Origin: Alphaproteobacteria bacterium | Lineage (GTDB): Bacteria; Pseudomonadota; Alphaproteobacteria; JAXMDU01 | DNA: 64,000 nucleotides | Assembly: GCA_046348645.1 (NCBI GenBank) | Contig: JAXMDU010000004.1 | Location: 32,645-96,644, forward strand | Direction: 5' to 3' | In this document: piece after piece, positions 19,134-28,742 of the stretch | How the letters are laid out: each line of letters opens with the position of its first letter | Numbering within the stretch: the stretch's first letter is position 1 | The notes under the pieces: model-generated | What the model was told of the DNA's origin: nothing | Seen by the model: the letters and a program-made list of their open reading frames with translations, nothing else | Database searches by the model: none | Position numbers and translations under genes: made by a program

Positions 19134-20273
19134 TTATAGGCCTTGAACAATGCGCATGAATTCTTCGGTATCGGCGCCCAGATCGGGCGGGGCCCGGGTG
19201 ATGCCGGGACGCGTGCCGTTGAAGCTGAGCGGATTCAGAATGACCTCGAGATCGGGCCGGCCGGGGACCTTGGCCGAAACCTCGCTCGCCGCCAGTTCCG
19301 GATGGGTGCAGATTTCGCGCACGTCGTGCAGCGGCCCGGCCGGCACACCCGCCGCTTCGATCCTGGCGACCCAGTTGTCGCACGTATCGGTCTTGAACAC
19401 CGCTTCGATCAGCGGCAGCAGCAGGTGCTTGTTCTCGATCCGCAGGCCGGTATTGCAGAAGCGCGGATCGTCGGCCCATTCCAGATGGCCCAGAGCCTCG
19501 GCGAATTTGCGGAACAGCCGGTCGTTCCCGGGCGCCACCACGATCAGACGGTCCTGGGTGGGAAAGGCCTGATAGGGCACGACGATGCCCGTACCCGAGC
19601 CCCAGCGACCCGGCTCCTCGCCCGAGGTGCGGTATTGGCCGATCGGGAAATTCATCAGGTTCATCGCCACCTCGAACAGCGAGGTTTCAATGTGGCAGCC
19701 CTGGCCGGTGCGATCACGCTCGCGCAAGGCCTGCAGGACGCCGATCAGGATCCACTGCGCGGTGGCGAAATCGATCAGGGCAATGCCCACCCGCGAGGGC
19801 GGCCGGTCCGGCTCGCCGGTGATCGCCATGATCCCCGAGAAGCCTTCCATCAGAAAGTCGTAGCCGGGCTTGGTGGCGTTGGCGCCCTTCTTGCTGAAGG
19901 CGCGCACCGAAGCGCAGATCAGGCCGGGCTTCTCGCGCCGCAGATCATCGGGGTCGAGGCCAAGCTTGCCCACCGTCCCCGGCCGCAGGTTCTGGATGAA
20001 CACGTCGGCCTTTTTCAAGAGGAACGTGCGCAGCAGTTTCGATTGGGCCGGGTCCTTGAGATCCAGAACGACCGAGCGCTTGTTGCGATTGACGGCGTGG
20101 AACGGCGCCGCCGATCCATAGGGCCGGGGATTGCCCATGCGGCGTGTGCTGTCGCCACCATCCGGGTTTTCAACCTTGTAGACCGTGGCGCCAAAGTCGC
20201 CGAGCGTCTGCGCCGAAAAGGGGCCGGCAATGGCCTCGCCCATTTCGACGACCGTGATTCCCGATAGCGGCAT
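19134..20273 (-). CDS. CoA-transferase family III (CaiB/BaiF-type)
   Basis: MPLSGITVVEMGEAIAGPFSAQTLGDFGATVYKVENP; start at internal ATG by analogy with paralogs. Confidence 0.85.
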   Translation of the reverse strand: MPLSGITVVEMGEAIAGPFSAQTLGDFGATVYKVENPDGGDSTRRMGNPRPYGSAAPFHAVNRNKRSVVLDLKDPAQSKLLRTFLLKKADVFIQNLRPGTVGKLGLDPDDLRREKPGLICASVRAFSKKGANATKPGYDFLMEGFSGIMAITGEPDRPPSRVGIALIDFATAQWILIGVLQALRERDRTGQGCHIETSLFEVAMNLMNFPIGQYRTSGEEPGRWGSGTGIVVPYQAFPTQDRLIVVAPGNDRLFRKFAEALGHLEWADDPRFCNTGLRIENKHLLLPLIEAVFKTDTCDNWVARIEAAGVPAGPLHDVREICTHPELAASEVSAKVPGRPDLEVILNPLSFNGTRPGITRAPPDLGADTEEFMRIVQGL

Positions 20274-20350
20274 TCCTGCTTGTTCCCCTTTCCTCCGGAT
20301 CGTTGTCACGGGTCCGTCGCGCCGACGCTTCAGCCGTTCTCTCTGGCTCG

Positions 20351-21121
20351 TCAGGTGCGAACGCCGATCTTGCTTCGCCAGCGGCGCATGCCGGCAAGCC
20401 AGCGGTCGTAATCAGCCAGCTTGCGCCGCGCCATGTCGAGCACTTCGGGATGGGGAAGGATCAGGAACTTTTCCGCCTCGATCCCCGCCATCACCGAATC
20501 CGCCACCGCCGCGGGTTCGATTATGGCCTTGTCGGCGCCGCTCAGAAAGCTTTGATTGGCCGCCACCATCGGCGTGCGCACGGTCTGCGAGGCGATCACG
20601 GAAACCCGCACGCCCTGATCGCCATAGGCAATGGCAAGATATTCGGCAAAGGCGATGGCCGCGCGCTTGGTCACCATGTAGGCCGCCGCGTGGACCTGCG
20701 CCAAAAGGCCGGCCGCTGACGTGCTCAGGATGAAATAGCCGTCGCGCCGCGCCGCCATCAGCGGCATCACGGCCCGCGCCGCGTAAACATGCGCCATGAC
20801 ATGAAGGTTCCAGTTGAGCGTCCATTCGGCATCCGGCGCCGCCTCGGTGCCGGGCTGCAGAATGCCGACATTGGACACATAAAGGCCGATCGGTCCCGCC
20901 GCTTCGGCGCGGGCGACCAGGGCCTTCACGTCCTCTTCGCGACTGACGTCGCACGGCACGGCAATGCCCCCGATCCGCGCCGCCACCGCATCAAGATCGC
21001 TTCGGGTGCGCGCCGCCAGGAATACTTCCTTCGCCCCTTCGGCCTTGAACCGCTCGGCCAGTGCAAGCCCGATGCCCGACGTCGCACCGGTCACCACCAC
21101 CACCTTGCCTGCGATCTTCAT
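20351..21121 (-). CDS. short-chain dehydrogenase/reductase (SDR)
   Basis: GKVVVVTGATSGIGLALA Rossmann motif; YMVTK (YxxxK) active site. Confidence 0.8.
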   Translation of the reverse strand: MKIAGKVVVVTGATSGIGLALAERFKAEGAKEVFLAARTRSDLDAVAARIGGIAVPCDVSREEDVKALVARAEAAGPIGLYVSNVGILQPGTEAAPDAEWTLNWNLHVMAHVYAARAVMPLMAARRDGYFILSTSAAGLLAQVHAAAYMVTKRAAIAFAEYLAIAYGDQGVRVSVIASQTVRTPMVAANQSFLSGADKAIIEPAAVADSVMAGIEAEKFLILPHPEVLDMARRKLADYDRWLAGMRRWRSKIGVRT

Positions 21122-21154
21122 GCCACGTCCCTCTGCCTGGCCGCCGCGGCCGGC

Positions 21155-22291
21155 TCAGTCCTTCATCAGGCGGCGAAAATCGGCGGTCCCTTCGCCATAA
21201 TCGGGCGGCACCAGCTTGACCGGGCAAATCTGGCCGTCAAAGTGAAGCGGGTTGCGCATGACCCGGACATCCGGGCGGCCCGGCAGCGGGACCGAGATGC
21301 CGCTGGCCTGGAATTCCCCCGATCCGACCACATCGGCAATGCTGTTCACCGGCCCGGCCGGAACGCCCGCGGCCGTGAAGCGGCGCACCCATTCATCGCA
21401 GACGTCGGACTTCAAGGCGCCGACGATCAGCTCGTAGAGAATCTTGCGATGGTCCCAGCGCGACTGCATCGTGGTGAAGCGCTGATCATCCGCCCATTCG
21501 GCATGGCCCAGCACGGTGCAGAACGCCCGGAACAGGCGCTCGTTCCCGGGCGCCACCGCGACGGGGCGGTCGGCGGTGGGAAACGCCTGATAGGGGAAGA
21601 AATAGGCGATGCCCGATCCCCACCGACCTGGCTCGCGGCCCGAGGTCTGATAATTGCCGACCGGAACGCCCAGCAGGTTCATCATCACCTCGAACAGTGA
21701 CGTCTCGATGTGGCAGCCGCACCCGCTGTGGTCGCGGTCGCGCAGCGCTTTCAACACGCCGATGACCAGCCACTGCGCGGTCGAGTAGTCGGAAATCGCC
21801 ATGCCCACCCGGCAGGGCTCGCCGTCGTTCGGGCCGGTAACCGCCAACATGCCGGCGTAAGCCTGCATCATGAAATCATAGCCGGGTTTGTCGCGATTCT
21901 CGCCCTCCTTGCTGAAGGCCCGCACCGAACAGCAGATCAGGCGCGGGTTCTCGCGCCGAAGCGCGTCCGGATCGAGGCCGTACTTCGCCAGCGTGCCCGG
22001 GCGCATGTTCTGGATGAATACATCGGCCTTTTCGAGAATGAAACGCCGCAGCAACGCTGCGTCCTCGGGCTTGGTAAAATCCAGAACCACCGAGCGCTTG
22101 TTGCGGTTCACGGCATGAAACGTGAAGGCCGATCCATAGGGCTGGCCGCCGCCCAGATGGCGGGTGGAATCGCCGCCACGCGGATTTTCGATCTTGTAGA
22201 CGGTCGCCCCGAAATCGCCAAGGACCATGGCGGAAAACGGTCCGGCGATGTTCTCGCCGATCTCGACGACGGTGATCCCGGCGAGCGGCAT
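21155..22291 (-). CDS. CoA-transferase family III (CaiB/BaiF-type)
   Basis: MPLAGITVVEIGENIAGPFSAMVLGDFGATVYKIENP. Confidence 0.85.
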   Translation of the reverse strand: MPLAGITVVEIGENIAGPFSAMVLGDFGATVYKIENPRGGDSTRHLGGGQPYGSAFTFHAVNRNKRSVVLDFTKPEDAALLRRFILEKADVFIQNMRPGTLAKYGLDPDALRRENPRLICCSVRAFSKEGENRDKPGYDFMMQAYAGMLAVTGPNDGEPCRVGMAISDYSTAQWLVIGVLKALRDRDHSGCGCHIETSLFEVMMNLLGVPVGNYQTSGREPGRWGSGIAYFFPYQAFPTADRPVAVAPGNERLFRAFCTVLGHAEWADDQRFTTMQSRWDHRKILYELIVGALKSDVCDEWVRRFTAAGVPAGPVNSIADVVGSGEFQASGISVPLPGRPDVRVMRNPLHFDGQICPVKLVPPDYGEGTADFRRLMKD

Positions 22292-22305
22292 GCAGGTCTC
22301 CCGAC

Positions 22306-23445
22306 TTATCTGGATGCGATCTTATCGAACTCGGCGTTGAATTCGCCAAGCTCGGGCGCGCCCCGCGTGACGCCAGGGCGTTTGCCGTCGAAGCTGAGCG
22401 GCGACAGGATCAATTCGAGATCCGGGCGCCCCGGTGCGGTGCCGATAATGCCGCTGGCCTTGGTCTCGGGATCGACCGCGACCTCGGCCAGATCATGCAC
22501 AGGGCCGCACGGGATCCCGGCCTTGTCGAGGGCATCGACCCAATGCTTGCACGTCCTGGTGCGCAGAACCCCTTCGATCAAGTCTTGCAGGGCATCGGCG
22601 TTACGGTCGCGGTCGGCCGGTTCGGCGAAGCGCGGATCGCGCGCCCATTCCGGATGGCCCAGCGCATCCGCCAGCTTGGTAAACAGCCGGTTGTTCGCGC
22701 AGGCAATGACAACCAGGCCGTCGCTGGCCGCAAAGGGCTGCAAGGGAACGGTTCCCGGCAGACGCCCGCCGGCCCGCTTGGCAAGCTCGCCAGTCGACCG
22801 ATACTGCCCGTATGGATTGGCAATCATCGACATCGCCACTTCGTAAAGCGACGTATTGATCGTTGCGCCCTGGCCGGTGCGCGTGCGCTCGTAAAGCGCC
22901 GACACGATCCCGATCGCGCTAAACACCCCGGTCATGGTGTCGATCGCGGACACACCAATCCTGGACGGCGGCCGATCCGATTCGCCGGTCAAGCTCAGCA
23001 GGCCGCAATAACCCTGCATCAGGATGTCATAGCCGCCCTTGTGTTCATTCGGCCCGCCCTTGGTGAAGGCGCCAAGCGAGCAATGAACGAGTGACGGCTT
23101 CAAGGCCCGAAGCCCCGCCGCGCCAAGGCCCAGGCGGTCAATCACGCCGGTGCGCAGGTTCTGTACCAGCACATCGGCCCGCTCGACGATAAATGTCTTC
23201 AACCGCGCCACCTGGGCCGGATCCTTGAGATCGATGGCGAGCGAGCGCTTGTTCCGGTTTTGCATGTGGAACATCGAACTGGCGCCGTATTGTCGCGGTC
23301 CGCCGATGCGCCGCGTGCTGTCGCCGCCAGCGGCGGGGTTTTCGATCTTGATCACGGTGGCGCCAAGATCAGCCAGGATCTGGCCGCATTGCGGCCCGGC
23401 GATGTTCTCGGTGATTTCGATGACGGTGATGCCGGTCAATTGCAT
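22306..23445 (-). CDS. CoA-transferase family III (CaiB/BaiF-type)
   Basis: MQLTGITVIEITENIAGPQCGQILADLGATVIKIENP. Confidence 0.85.
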   Translation of the reverse strand: MQLTGITVIEITENIAGPQCGQILADLGATVIKIENPAAGGDSTRRIGGPRQYGASSMFHMQNRNKRSLAIDLKDPAQVARLKTFIVERADVLVQNLRTGVIDRLGLGAAGLRALKPSLVHCSLGAFTKGGPNEHKGGYDILMQGYCGLLSLTGESDRPPSRIGVSAIDTMTGVFSAIGIVSALYERTRTGQGATINTSLYEVAMSMIANPYGQYRSTGELAKRAGGRLPGTVPLQPFAASDGLVVIACANNRLFTKLADALGHPEWARDPRFAEPADRDRNADALQDLIEGVLRTRTCKHWVDALDKAGIPCGPVHDLAEVAVDPETKASGIIGTAPGRPDLELILSPLSFDGKRPGVTRGAPELGEFNAEFDKIASR

Positions 23446-23463
23446 GGGTTCTGCTCGATCCGT

Positions 23464-24612
23464 TCAGGCCTTGGGACGACTGCCAAGCGTGGCGAAAAAT
23501 TCGGCATTGAATTCGCCCAGGTCGGGCGGATTGTGCCGGATTGGCGGACGATCGCCGTTGAAGCTGAGCGGAAAGCCAACCACTTCAATGTCGTCGCGTC
23601 CCGGCAGCTTCTTGAAGATTTGGCTGTACTCGACCTCGGGATTGCTGGTCGCCTGCGCCAGGTCATGGACCGGCCCACAGGGGACGTCGAACGCGTCGAG
23701 CACCGATTGCCAGTGGGCGCGCGTGTTGCTGGACAGAACCTCCTGGATGGCCCCCACCACCAGGTCCTTGTTCTCGAAGCGCGCGTTCAGGGTGGCGAAA
23801 CGCGGATCGGTCTTCCATTCCGGCTTGCCCAGCGCATCGGCCACCCGCCGGAAAAGACCGTCGTTGGCCGTGGCGATGACAAGCTGACCGTCCTTGGTAT
23901 CGAAGGGCTGCAGCGGCACAAAGCCCGGAAGCTGCGCGCCGGCGCGAACCGGGATCTTGCCCGAGAATTTGTACTGGGCCAGCGACGCGCCCATCATGAA
24001 CATCGACGTCTCGAACAGGGAATTGTCGACCGTCGCGCCTTCGCCCGTCACCGATCGCTTGGCCAGCGCCGCCAGGATCCCGATCGCGTTCCACAGCGAC
24101 GCGGTGATATCGATTGACGATATGCCGATCCTGACCGGCGGCCGGTCGGGATAGCCGGTCAGGCTGAGAAGCCCCGAATACGCCTGGAGGATCAGGTCAT
24201 AGCCGCCCTTGTGGGCGTTCGGGCCACCCTTGGTGAAGGCGCCCACGTTGCAGTAGACCAGACTGGGTTTTACCGCCCGCAGGCTGGCGGCATCGAGGCC
24301 GATCTTTTCGACCGTGCCGGGCCGCAGGTTTTGCAGAACGACATCGGCCCGTTCGACAATGAAGCGCTTCAGAAGCGCGACATTGGCCGGATCCTTGAGG
24401 TCGAGGGCCAGCGAGCGCTTGTTGCGATTGTTGGCGTGGAACATGGCGGCCGAGCCATGACGCTTCGGCGCCCCCATGTGCCGCGACGCATCGCCACCGC
24501 TCGGATTCTCGACCTTGATCACGGTCATGCCAAGATCTGCGAGAACCTGGCCAGACAACGGGCCGGCGACGTTCTCGCCGATCTCGACCAGGGTCATCTT
24601 GCTGAGGTCCAC
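23464..24612 (-). CDS. CoA-transferase family III (CaiB/BaiF-type)
   Basis: MDLSKMTLVEIGENVAGPLSGQVLADLGMTVIKVENP. Confidence 0.85.
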   Translation of the reverse strand: MDLSKMTLVEIGENVAGPLSGQVLADLGMTVIKVENPSGGDASRHMGAPKRHGSAAMFHANNRNKRSLALDLKDPANVALLKRFIVERADVVLQNLRPGTVEKIGLDAASLRAVKPSLVYCNVGAFTKGGPNAHKGGYDLILQAYSGLLSLTGYPDRPPVRIGISSIDITASLWNAIGILAALAKRSVTGEGATVDNSLFETSMFMMGASLAQYKFSGKIPVRAGAQLPGFVPLQPFDTKDGQLVIATANDGLFRRVADALGKPEWKTDPRFATLNARFENKDLVVGAIQEVLSSNTRAHWQSVLDAFDVPCGPVHDLAQATSNPEVEYSQIFKKLPGRDDIEVVGFPLSFNGDRPPIRHNPPDLGEFNAEFFATLGSRPKA

Positions 24613-24650
24613 GCCTTTGTCTCCTCGCTTGGTTTTGGCGATGCGCCCGG

Positions 24651-24714
24651 CCTAATCCGATTCTGGCCTAATCCGATTTCGGCCCAACCCGATTCTGGCC
24701 TAATACGATTTCGG
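24651..24714. repeat. 4 tandem 16-bp units (CCTAATCCGATTYYGG-like); last unit contains stop and final codons of ACAD 24700-25872
   Basis: cctaatccgattctgg / cctaatccgatttcgg / cccaacccgattctgg / cctaatacgatttcgg. Confidence 0.75.
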
Positions 24715-25872
24715 CAGCCCGAGAACCCGCTCGGCAATGTAGGAGAGGACCATCGGCCCCGTGATCGGCGCGATGCGATAGATCTGCATCTCGCGAAAAT
24801 AGCGCTCGACGTGGAATTCCTTGGCATAGCCCATGCCACCCATCGAGAAGATCGCGCGTTTGCAGGCCTCGAACCCGGCTTCGGCCGCGTAGAACCGGGC
24901 CGCATTGGCCTCTGGCCCGCATTCCTTGCCCTTGTCGTAGTACGAACAGGCCCGATAGGTCAGCAGATCGGCCGCCTCAAGCTTGCACCAGCTTTCCGCC
25001 AGCGGATGCTGAATCGCCTGGTTCTTGCCGATCGGGCGGTCGAAGACGATCCGCTCCTTGGCGTATTCCGTGGCCCGCTTAAGCGCCATGCGGCCCATCG
25101 AGACGCTCTCGGCCGCCACCAGCAGGCGATCGGGGATGAGGCCGTCGAGCAGGTACTTGAAGCCCTTGCCTTCCTCACCAATCCGGTCTTCCTCGGGAAT
25201 GGGCAGGCCATCGTAGAAGACCTGGTTCGAATCGAGCGCGTGACGGCCCATCTTCTCGATTTCGCGCACCTCGACATAGCGGCGATCGAAATCGGTGAAG
25301 AACAAGGTCAGACCGTCGATCGGACGCTTGGTCTTTTCGATCGGCGTGGTCCGGGTCAGCAGCAGGACCTTGGTCGCGACCTGGGCGGTCGATGTCCAGA
25401 TCTTCTGGCCATGGACGATGTAGGCCTTTCTTTTCGGATCGTATTCGGCCCGGGTCTGGATGCGGGTCGTGTCGAGGCCGGCATTGGGTTCGGTGATGCC
25501 GAAGCACGGCTTCACATCGCCCTTGATGATGGGGGTCAGCATCCGCTGCCGCTGTTCCGGCGTGCCATGCTTGACCACCGGATGCGGCCCGAAGACATTG
25601 ATGTGGATTGCCGTGCACGCCGAAAGGCCGCCACCCGATTCGGCAATCGCCTGCATCATCAGGCAGCCTTCGGTGATGCCAAGCCCCGCGCCGCCCAGGT
25701 CGGGCGGCATCATGATCCCGATCCAGCCCGCATCGGCAATGGCACGATGAAAATCGTGCGGGAAGCCGCCTTCCTGATCCTTTTTCAGCCAATAGGCGTC
25801 GTCGTATGGCGCGCAGACCTTGGCCACGGCCTCGCGGATGGCAAGCTGATCCTCGGTAAATGAATGATCCAT
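24700..25872 (-). CDS. acyl-CoA dehydrogenase (LGLPKSY paralog group)
   Basis: MDHSFTEDQLAIRE...FGITEPNAGLDTT...YAKEFHVERYFRE...LGLPKSY. Confidence 0.85.
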   Translation of the reverse strand: MDHSFTEDQLAIREAVAKVCAPYDDAYWLKKDQEGGFPHDFHRAIADAGWIGIMMPPDLGGAGLGITEGCLMMQAIAESGGGLSACTAIHINVFGPHPVVKHGTPEQRQRMLTPIIKGDVKPCFGITEPNAGLDTTRIQTRAEYDPKRKAYIVHGQKIWTSTAQVATKVLLLTRTTPIEKTKRPIDGLTLFFTDFDRRYVEVREIEKMGRHALDSNQVFYDGLPIPEEDRIGEEGKGFKYLLDGLIPDRLLVAAESVSMGRMALKRATEYAKERIVFDRPIGKNQAIQHPLAESWCKLEAADLLTYRACSYYDKGKECGPEANAARFYAAEAGFEACKRAIFSMGGMGYAKEFHVERYFREMQIYRIAPITGPMVLSYIAERVLGLPKSY

Positions 25873-25899
25873 CGTCTGATCCGGTAGGGGGTGACTGAC

Positions 25900-25925
25900 T
25901 TAGTATGACTTTCTTAGTATGACTT
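25900..25925. repeat. 2 tandem copies of TTAGTATGACTT (14-bp period) plus a degenerate third; second copy starts at the stop codon of ACAD 25914-27086
   Basis: gtgactgac ttagtatgactt tc ttagtatgactt gggcagg. Confidence 0.65.
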
Positions 25926-27086
25926 GGGCAGGCCAAGCGCACGTTCGGCGATGTAGGACAGCACCAGCGGCGGCGGGATCGGCCCGATGCGCAGGACCTG
26001 CACCTCGCGGAAATAGCGCTCGACGTGGAATTCCTTGGCATAGCCCATGCCGCCCATCGAGAAGATCGCCTTTTGGCAGGCATCGAAGCCCGCTTCGGCG
26101 CCCAGCCACTTGGCAGCGTTCGATTCCGGCCCGCAGGGCTTGCCCTGGTCGTAAAGGGTGGCGGCCTTGTAGACCATCAATTCCGCCGCTTCGAGCTTGC
26201 ACCACGCCTCGGCCAGGGGATGCTGCACCGCCTGGTTCTTGCCGATCGGGCGGTCGAACACGATCCGCTCCTTGGCATACTGGGCGGCGCGTTTCAGGGC
26301 GGCGCGCCCCATGCCCACCGATTCGGCCCCCACCATGAACCGTTCCGGATTCATGCTGTCCAGGATGTAATAGAAGCCCCGGCCTTCTTCGCCGATCAGG
26401 TCGTCCTTCGAAACCGGCATCCCGTCATAGAAGACCTGATTGGAATCGACCGCGTGGCGGCCCATTTTCGGGATTTCCCGCACCTCGGCGTAGTCCCGGT
26501 TCAGATCCGTGTAGAACAGGCTGATGCCGTCCTGGGGACGCTTGGTCTTGTCGACCGGCGTGGTGCGGGCCAGCAGCATGACCTTGTTTGCCTGCTGGCC
26601 GGTCGAGGTCCAGATCTTCTGGCCCGAGACGATGTATTTCTGGCGGGCCGGGTCCCATTCCGCCTTGCAGGTCAGCCGGGTGGTATCGATCCCGGCGCCG
26701 GGCTCGGTCACCCCGAAACAGGCCCGGTCCTTGAGGGTAATAAGCCGGTTCACCCACCGCTCGCGCTGCTCTTCCGAGCCGTGCTTCACCATCGCCATCG
26801 GCCCGAACATGTTCATGTGGATGGCTGAACAGGCGGCCAGGCAACCGCCCGACTGGGCGATGGTCTGCATCACCAGGGTGCCCTCGACCCAGCCCAGGCC
26901 GGCGCCGCCGTATTTCTCGGGCATGACCACCCCAAGCCAGCCGGCATCCGCCATGGCGCGCGCGAAATCGTGGGGGAATTCGTGCTTGTTGTCCTTGTCC
27001 AACCAGTAGGCGTCGTCAAACTTCTCGCAGACCTTGTTGATCGCATCCCGGATCGCAAGCTGTTCGTCGCTGAACTCGAAATCCAT
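25914..27086 (-). CDS. acyl-CoA dehydrogenase (LGLPKSY paralog group)
   Basis: Start MDFEFSDEQLAIRD (internal ATG of ORF 25914-27140, RBS GGAGCAGG). Confidence 0.85.
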   Translation of the reverse strand: MDFEFSDEQLAIRDAINKVCEKFDDAYWLDKDNKHEFPHDFARAMADAGWLGVVMPEKYGGAGLGWVEGTLVMQTIAQSGGCLAACSAIHMNMFGPMAMVKHGSEEQRERWVNRLITLKDRACFGVTEPGAGIDTTRLTCKAEWDPARQKYIVSGQKIWTSTGQQANKVMLLARTTPVDKTKRPQDGISLFYTDLNRDYAEVREIPKMGRHAVDSNQVFYDGMPVSKDDLIGEEGRGFYYILDSMNPERFMVGAESVGMGRAALKRAAQYAKERIVFDRPIGKNQAVQHPLAEAWCKLEAAELMVYKAATLYDQGKPCGPESNAAKWLGAEAGFDACQKAIFSMGGMGYAKEFHVERYFREVQVLRIGPIPPPLVLSYIAERALGLPKSY

Positions 27087-27309
27087 CCCCTGCTCCACCG
27101 ATTGGGACCGCTGGACCGAACCTCGGCCTCGGGGTGGCACTGTAGCGTTCGCAGGCGCCGACCGGCAAGCCGCGCCGGCCGGATGGCGAGTGTTTCCAAA
27201 TACCGGAGCAATGTTCTAGGCTTGCCGCAATGCGCCGTGGCGGACCACACCGGGTCCGCCGCTTCCCGACAGTCCTGGATCCCACCGACCCAACCGCATC
27301 GAGGCCCGC

Positions 27310-28530
27310 ATGGTTACGCAGAAGGACAAAACCGGCCTGCTTTCAGGCCTCCGCATCATCGAGCTTGGCCACGCGGTGGCGGTCCCCTTCGGGACCAGCC
27401 TTCTTTCCGATTTCGGGGCCGAAATCATCAAGATCGAGGACCCGACCCAGGGCGACATGTGCCGTGATTTCGGTCCGAAGAAGAATGGGGTCGGCCTGTG
27501 GTGGAAGGTGACCGGCCGCAACAAGAAATGCGTGACGCTCAACCTGAAGGACCCGCGCGGGGTCGATCTTTGCAAGCGCCTGATCGCCACCGCCGATGCC
27601 GTGGTCGAGAATTTCCGCCCCGGAGTTCTGAAACGGCTGGGCCTTGGCAACGACGTGCTCCGGTCGATCAAGCCCGATCTCGTCATCACCAGCGTCTCGG
27701 GCTATGGCCAGACTGGGCCCTTTTCGGATCGGCCGGGGTTCGGCAAGGTGGGCGAAGCCATGGGCGGCGTCATGAACCTGACCGGCGAGGTGAATGGCGC
27801 CCCCCTGGCGCCGGGCTTTTCCTTCGCCGATTGCTGCTCGGGCATGTTCTCGGCCCTCAGCACCATGATGGCCCTCTACCACCGGGACGCCATGAAAGGC
27901 GTGGCGGCCACCCTGGATATCGGCCTGTTCGAGCCGATCCAGCGCATGATCGAGTGGCAGGTGATCGTCGCCGATCAGCTTGGCATCGTTGCCAAGCGTT
28001 CAGGCGCCCGCTTTCCCCTGGAAGGATCGGGCTTTTCGAACTGCTTTCCCTGCCGGGACGGCAAATGGGTCATGATCTCGGCTGCATCGGCCACCGTGGT
28101 GCGCCGGGTCCTGAACGCCATCGACACGGCAGGCGCGCTGGCCAAGGACCCCCGCTTCGCCACTGATGACGCCCTTCTCAAGAACCTGGATGGACTTGAT
28201 TCAGAGGCCAGAACATGGATCGCGGCGCGCGACCGCGACCCGGTCATCACGCGCTTCACCGAGGTGGGCGCCGTCTGCGGGCCGATCTACGATGCCGCCG
28301 ACATCATGGCCGACCCCCAGGTCCTGGCCCGCGAGGATGTGATCGAGATCGACGACCCCGATCTTGGCAAGACCCGCATGGTCGGCGTGGTTCCCAAGGT
28401 CCCGGAAGCGCCCGGCCGTGTCCGCTGGGCCGGCCCCGCCCTGGGGGCCCACAATCACGAGGTTTTCGCCTCGATCCTCGGGCTCAAGGCCGCCGAGATC
28501 GATCAGTTGCGCGCCGCGGGAATCGTCTGA
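27310..28530 (+). CDS. CoA-transferase family III (CaiB/BaiF-type)
   Basis: LLSGLRIIELGHAVAVPFGTSLLSDFGAEIIKIEDP; divergent from the minus-strand operon. Confidence 0.85.
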   Translation: MVTQKDKTGLLSGLRIIELGHAVAVPFGTSLLSDFGAEIIKIEDPTQGDMCRDFGPKKNGVGLWWKVTGRNKKCVTLNLKDPRGVDLCKRLIATADAVVENFRPGVLKRLGLGNDVLRSIKPDLVITSVSGYGQTGPFSDRPGFGKVGEAMGGVMNLTGEVNGAPLAPGFSFADCCSGMFSALSTMMALYHRDAMKGVAATLDIGLFEPIQRMIEWQVIVADQLGIVAKRSGARFPLEGSGFSNCFPCRDGKWVMISAASATVVRRVLNAIDTAGALAKDPRFATDDALLKNLDGLDSEARTWIAARDRDPVITRFTEVGAVCGPIYDAADIMADPQVLAREDVIEIDDPDLGKTRMVGVVPKVPEAPGRVRWAGPALGAHNHEVFASILGLKAAEIDQLRAAGIV

Positions 28531-28585
28531 GCCGAAAATCGGGGGCCAAAAATCGGGGCCAAAAATCGAGGGCCGAAAAACAGGA
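28531..28585. repeat. 4 tandem units of about 14 bp (GCCAAAAATCGGGG-like) immediately after the CoA-transferase stop
   Basis: gccgaaaatcggggg / ccaaaaatcgggg / ccaaaaatcgaggg / ccgaaaaacagga. Confidence 0.65.
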
Positions 28586-28742
28586 GATCAGGCGCGCGGC
28601 CAAGGCGGCATCCGAGGCTGACCATGGTTGCGCCCATCGCGGCCGCCCCCTATCCTTGCCCGCCAAGCTTGCTTGCGCTGCAAAACCAACAACCCGAAGG
28701 CGCCGGCATGGACTGACCCTGGCATGGTGGCAGGAGGACATA

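Noticed and set aside
18205-19479. N-terminal extensions of ORF-track entries (18205-19479, 28215-29789, 38406-40073, 40192-41106, 41299-42066)
   Set aside because: The extensions are Arg/Pro-rich and overlap upstream genes or terminators; internal ATGs with good RBS and family-typical N-termini were used instead.
24651-24714. Short tandem repeat arrays as possible CRISPR arrays
   Set aside because: Units are only 12-16 bp and directly adjacent with no spacers; no cas genes in the window.
27190-27212. TGGCAC-containing sequence upstream of CoA-transferase 27310 as a sigma-54 promoter
   Set aside because: The GC of the -12 element is not at the required spacing from the GG (off by 2 nt); a second TGGCACG at 40203 also lacks proper spacing.
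19134-28530. CoA-transferase/ACAD array as an assembly duplication artefact
   Set aside because: Paralogs differ substantially at protein and nucleotide level and have distinct intergenic spacers.
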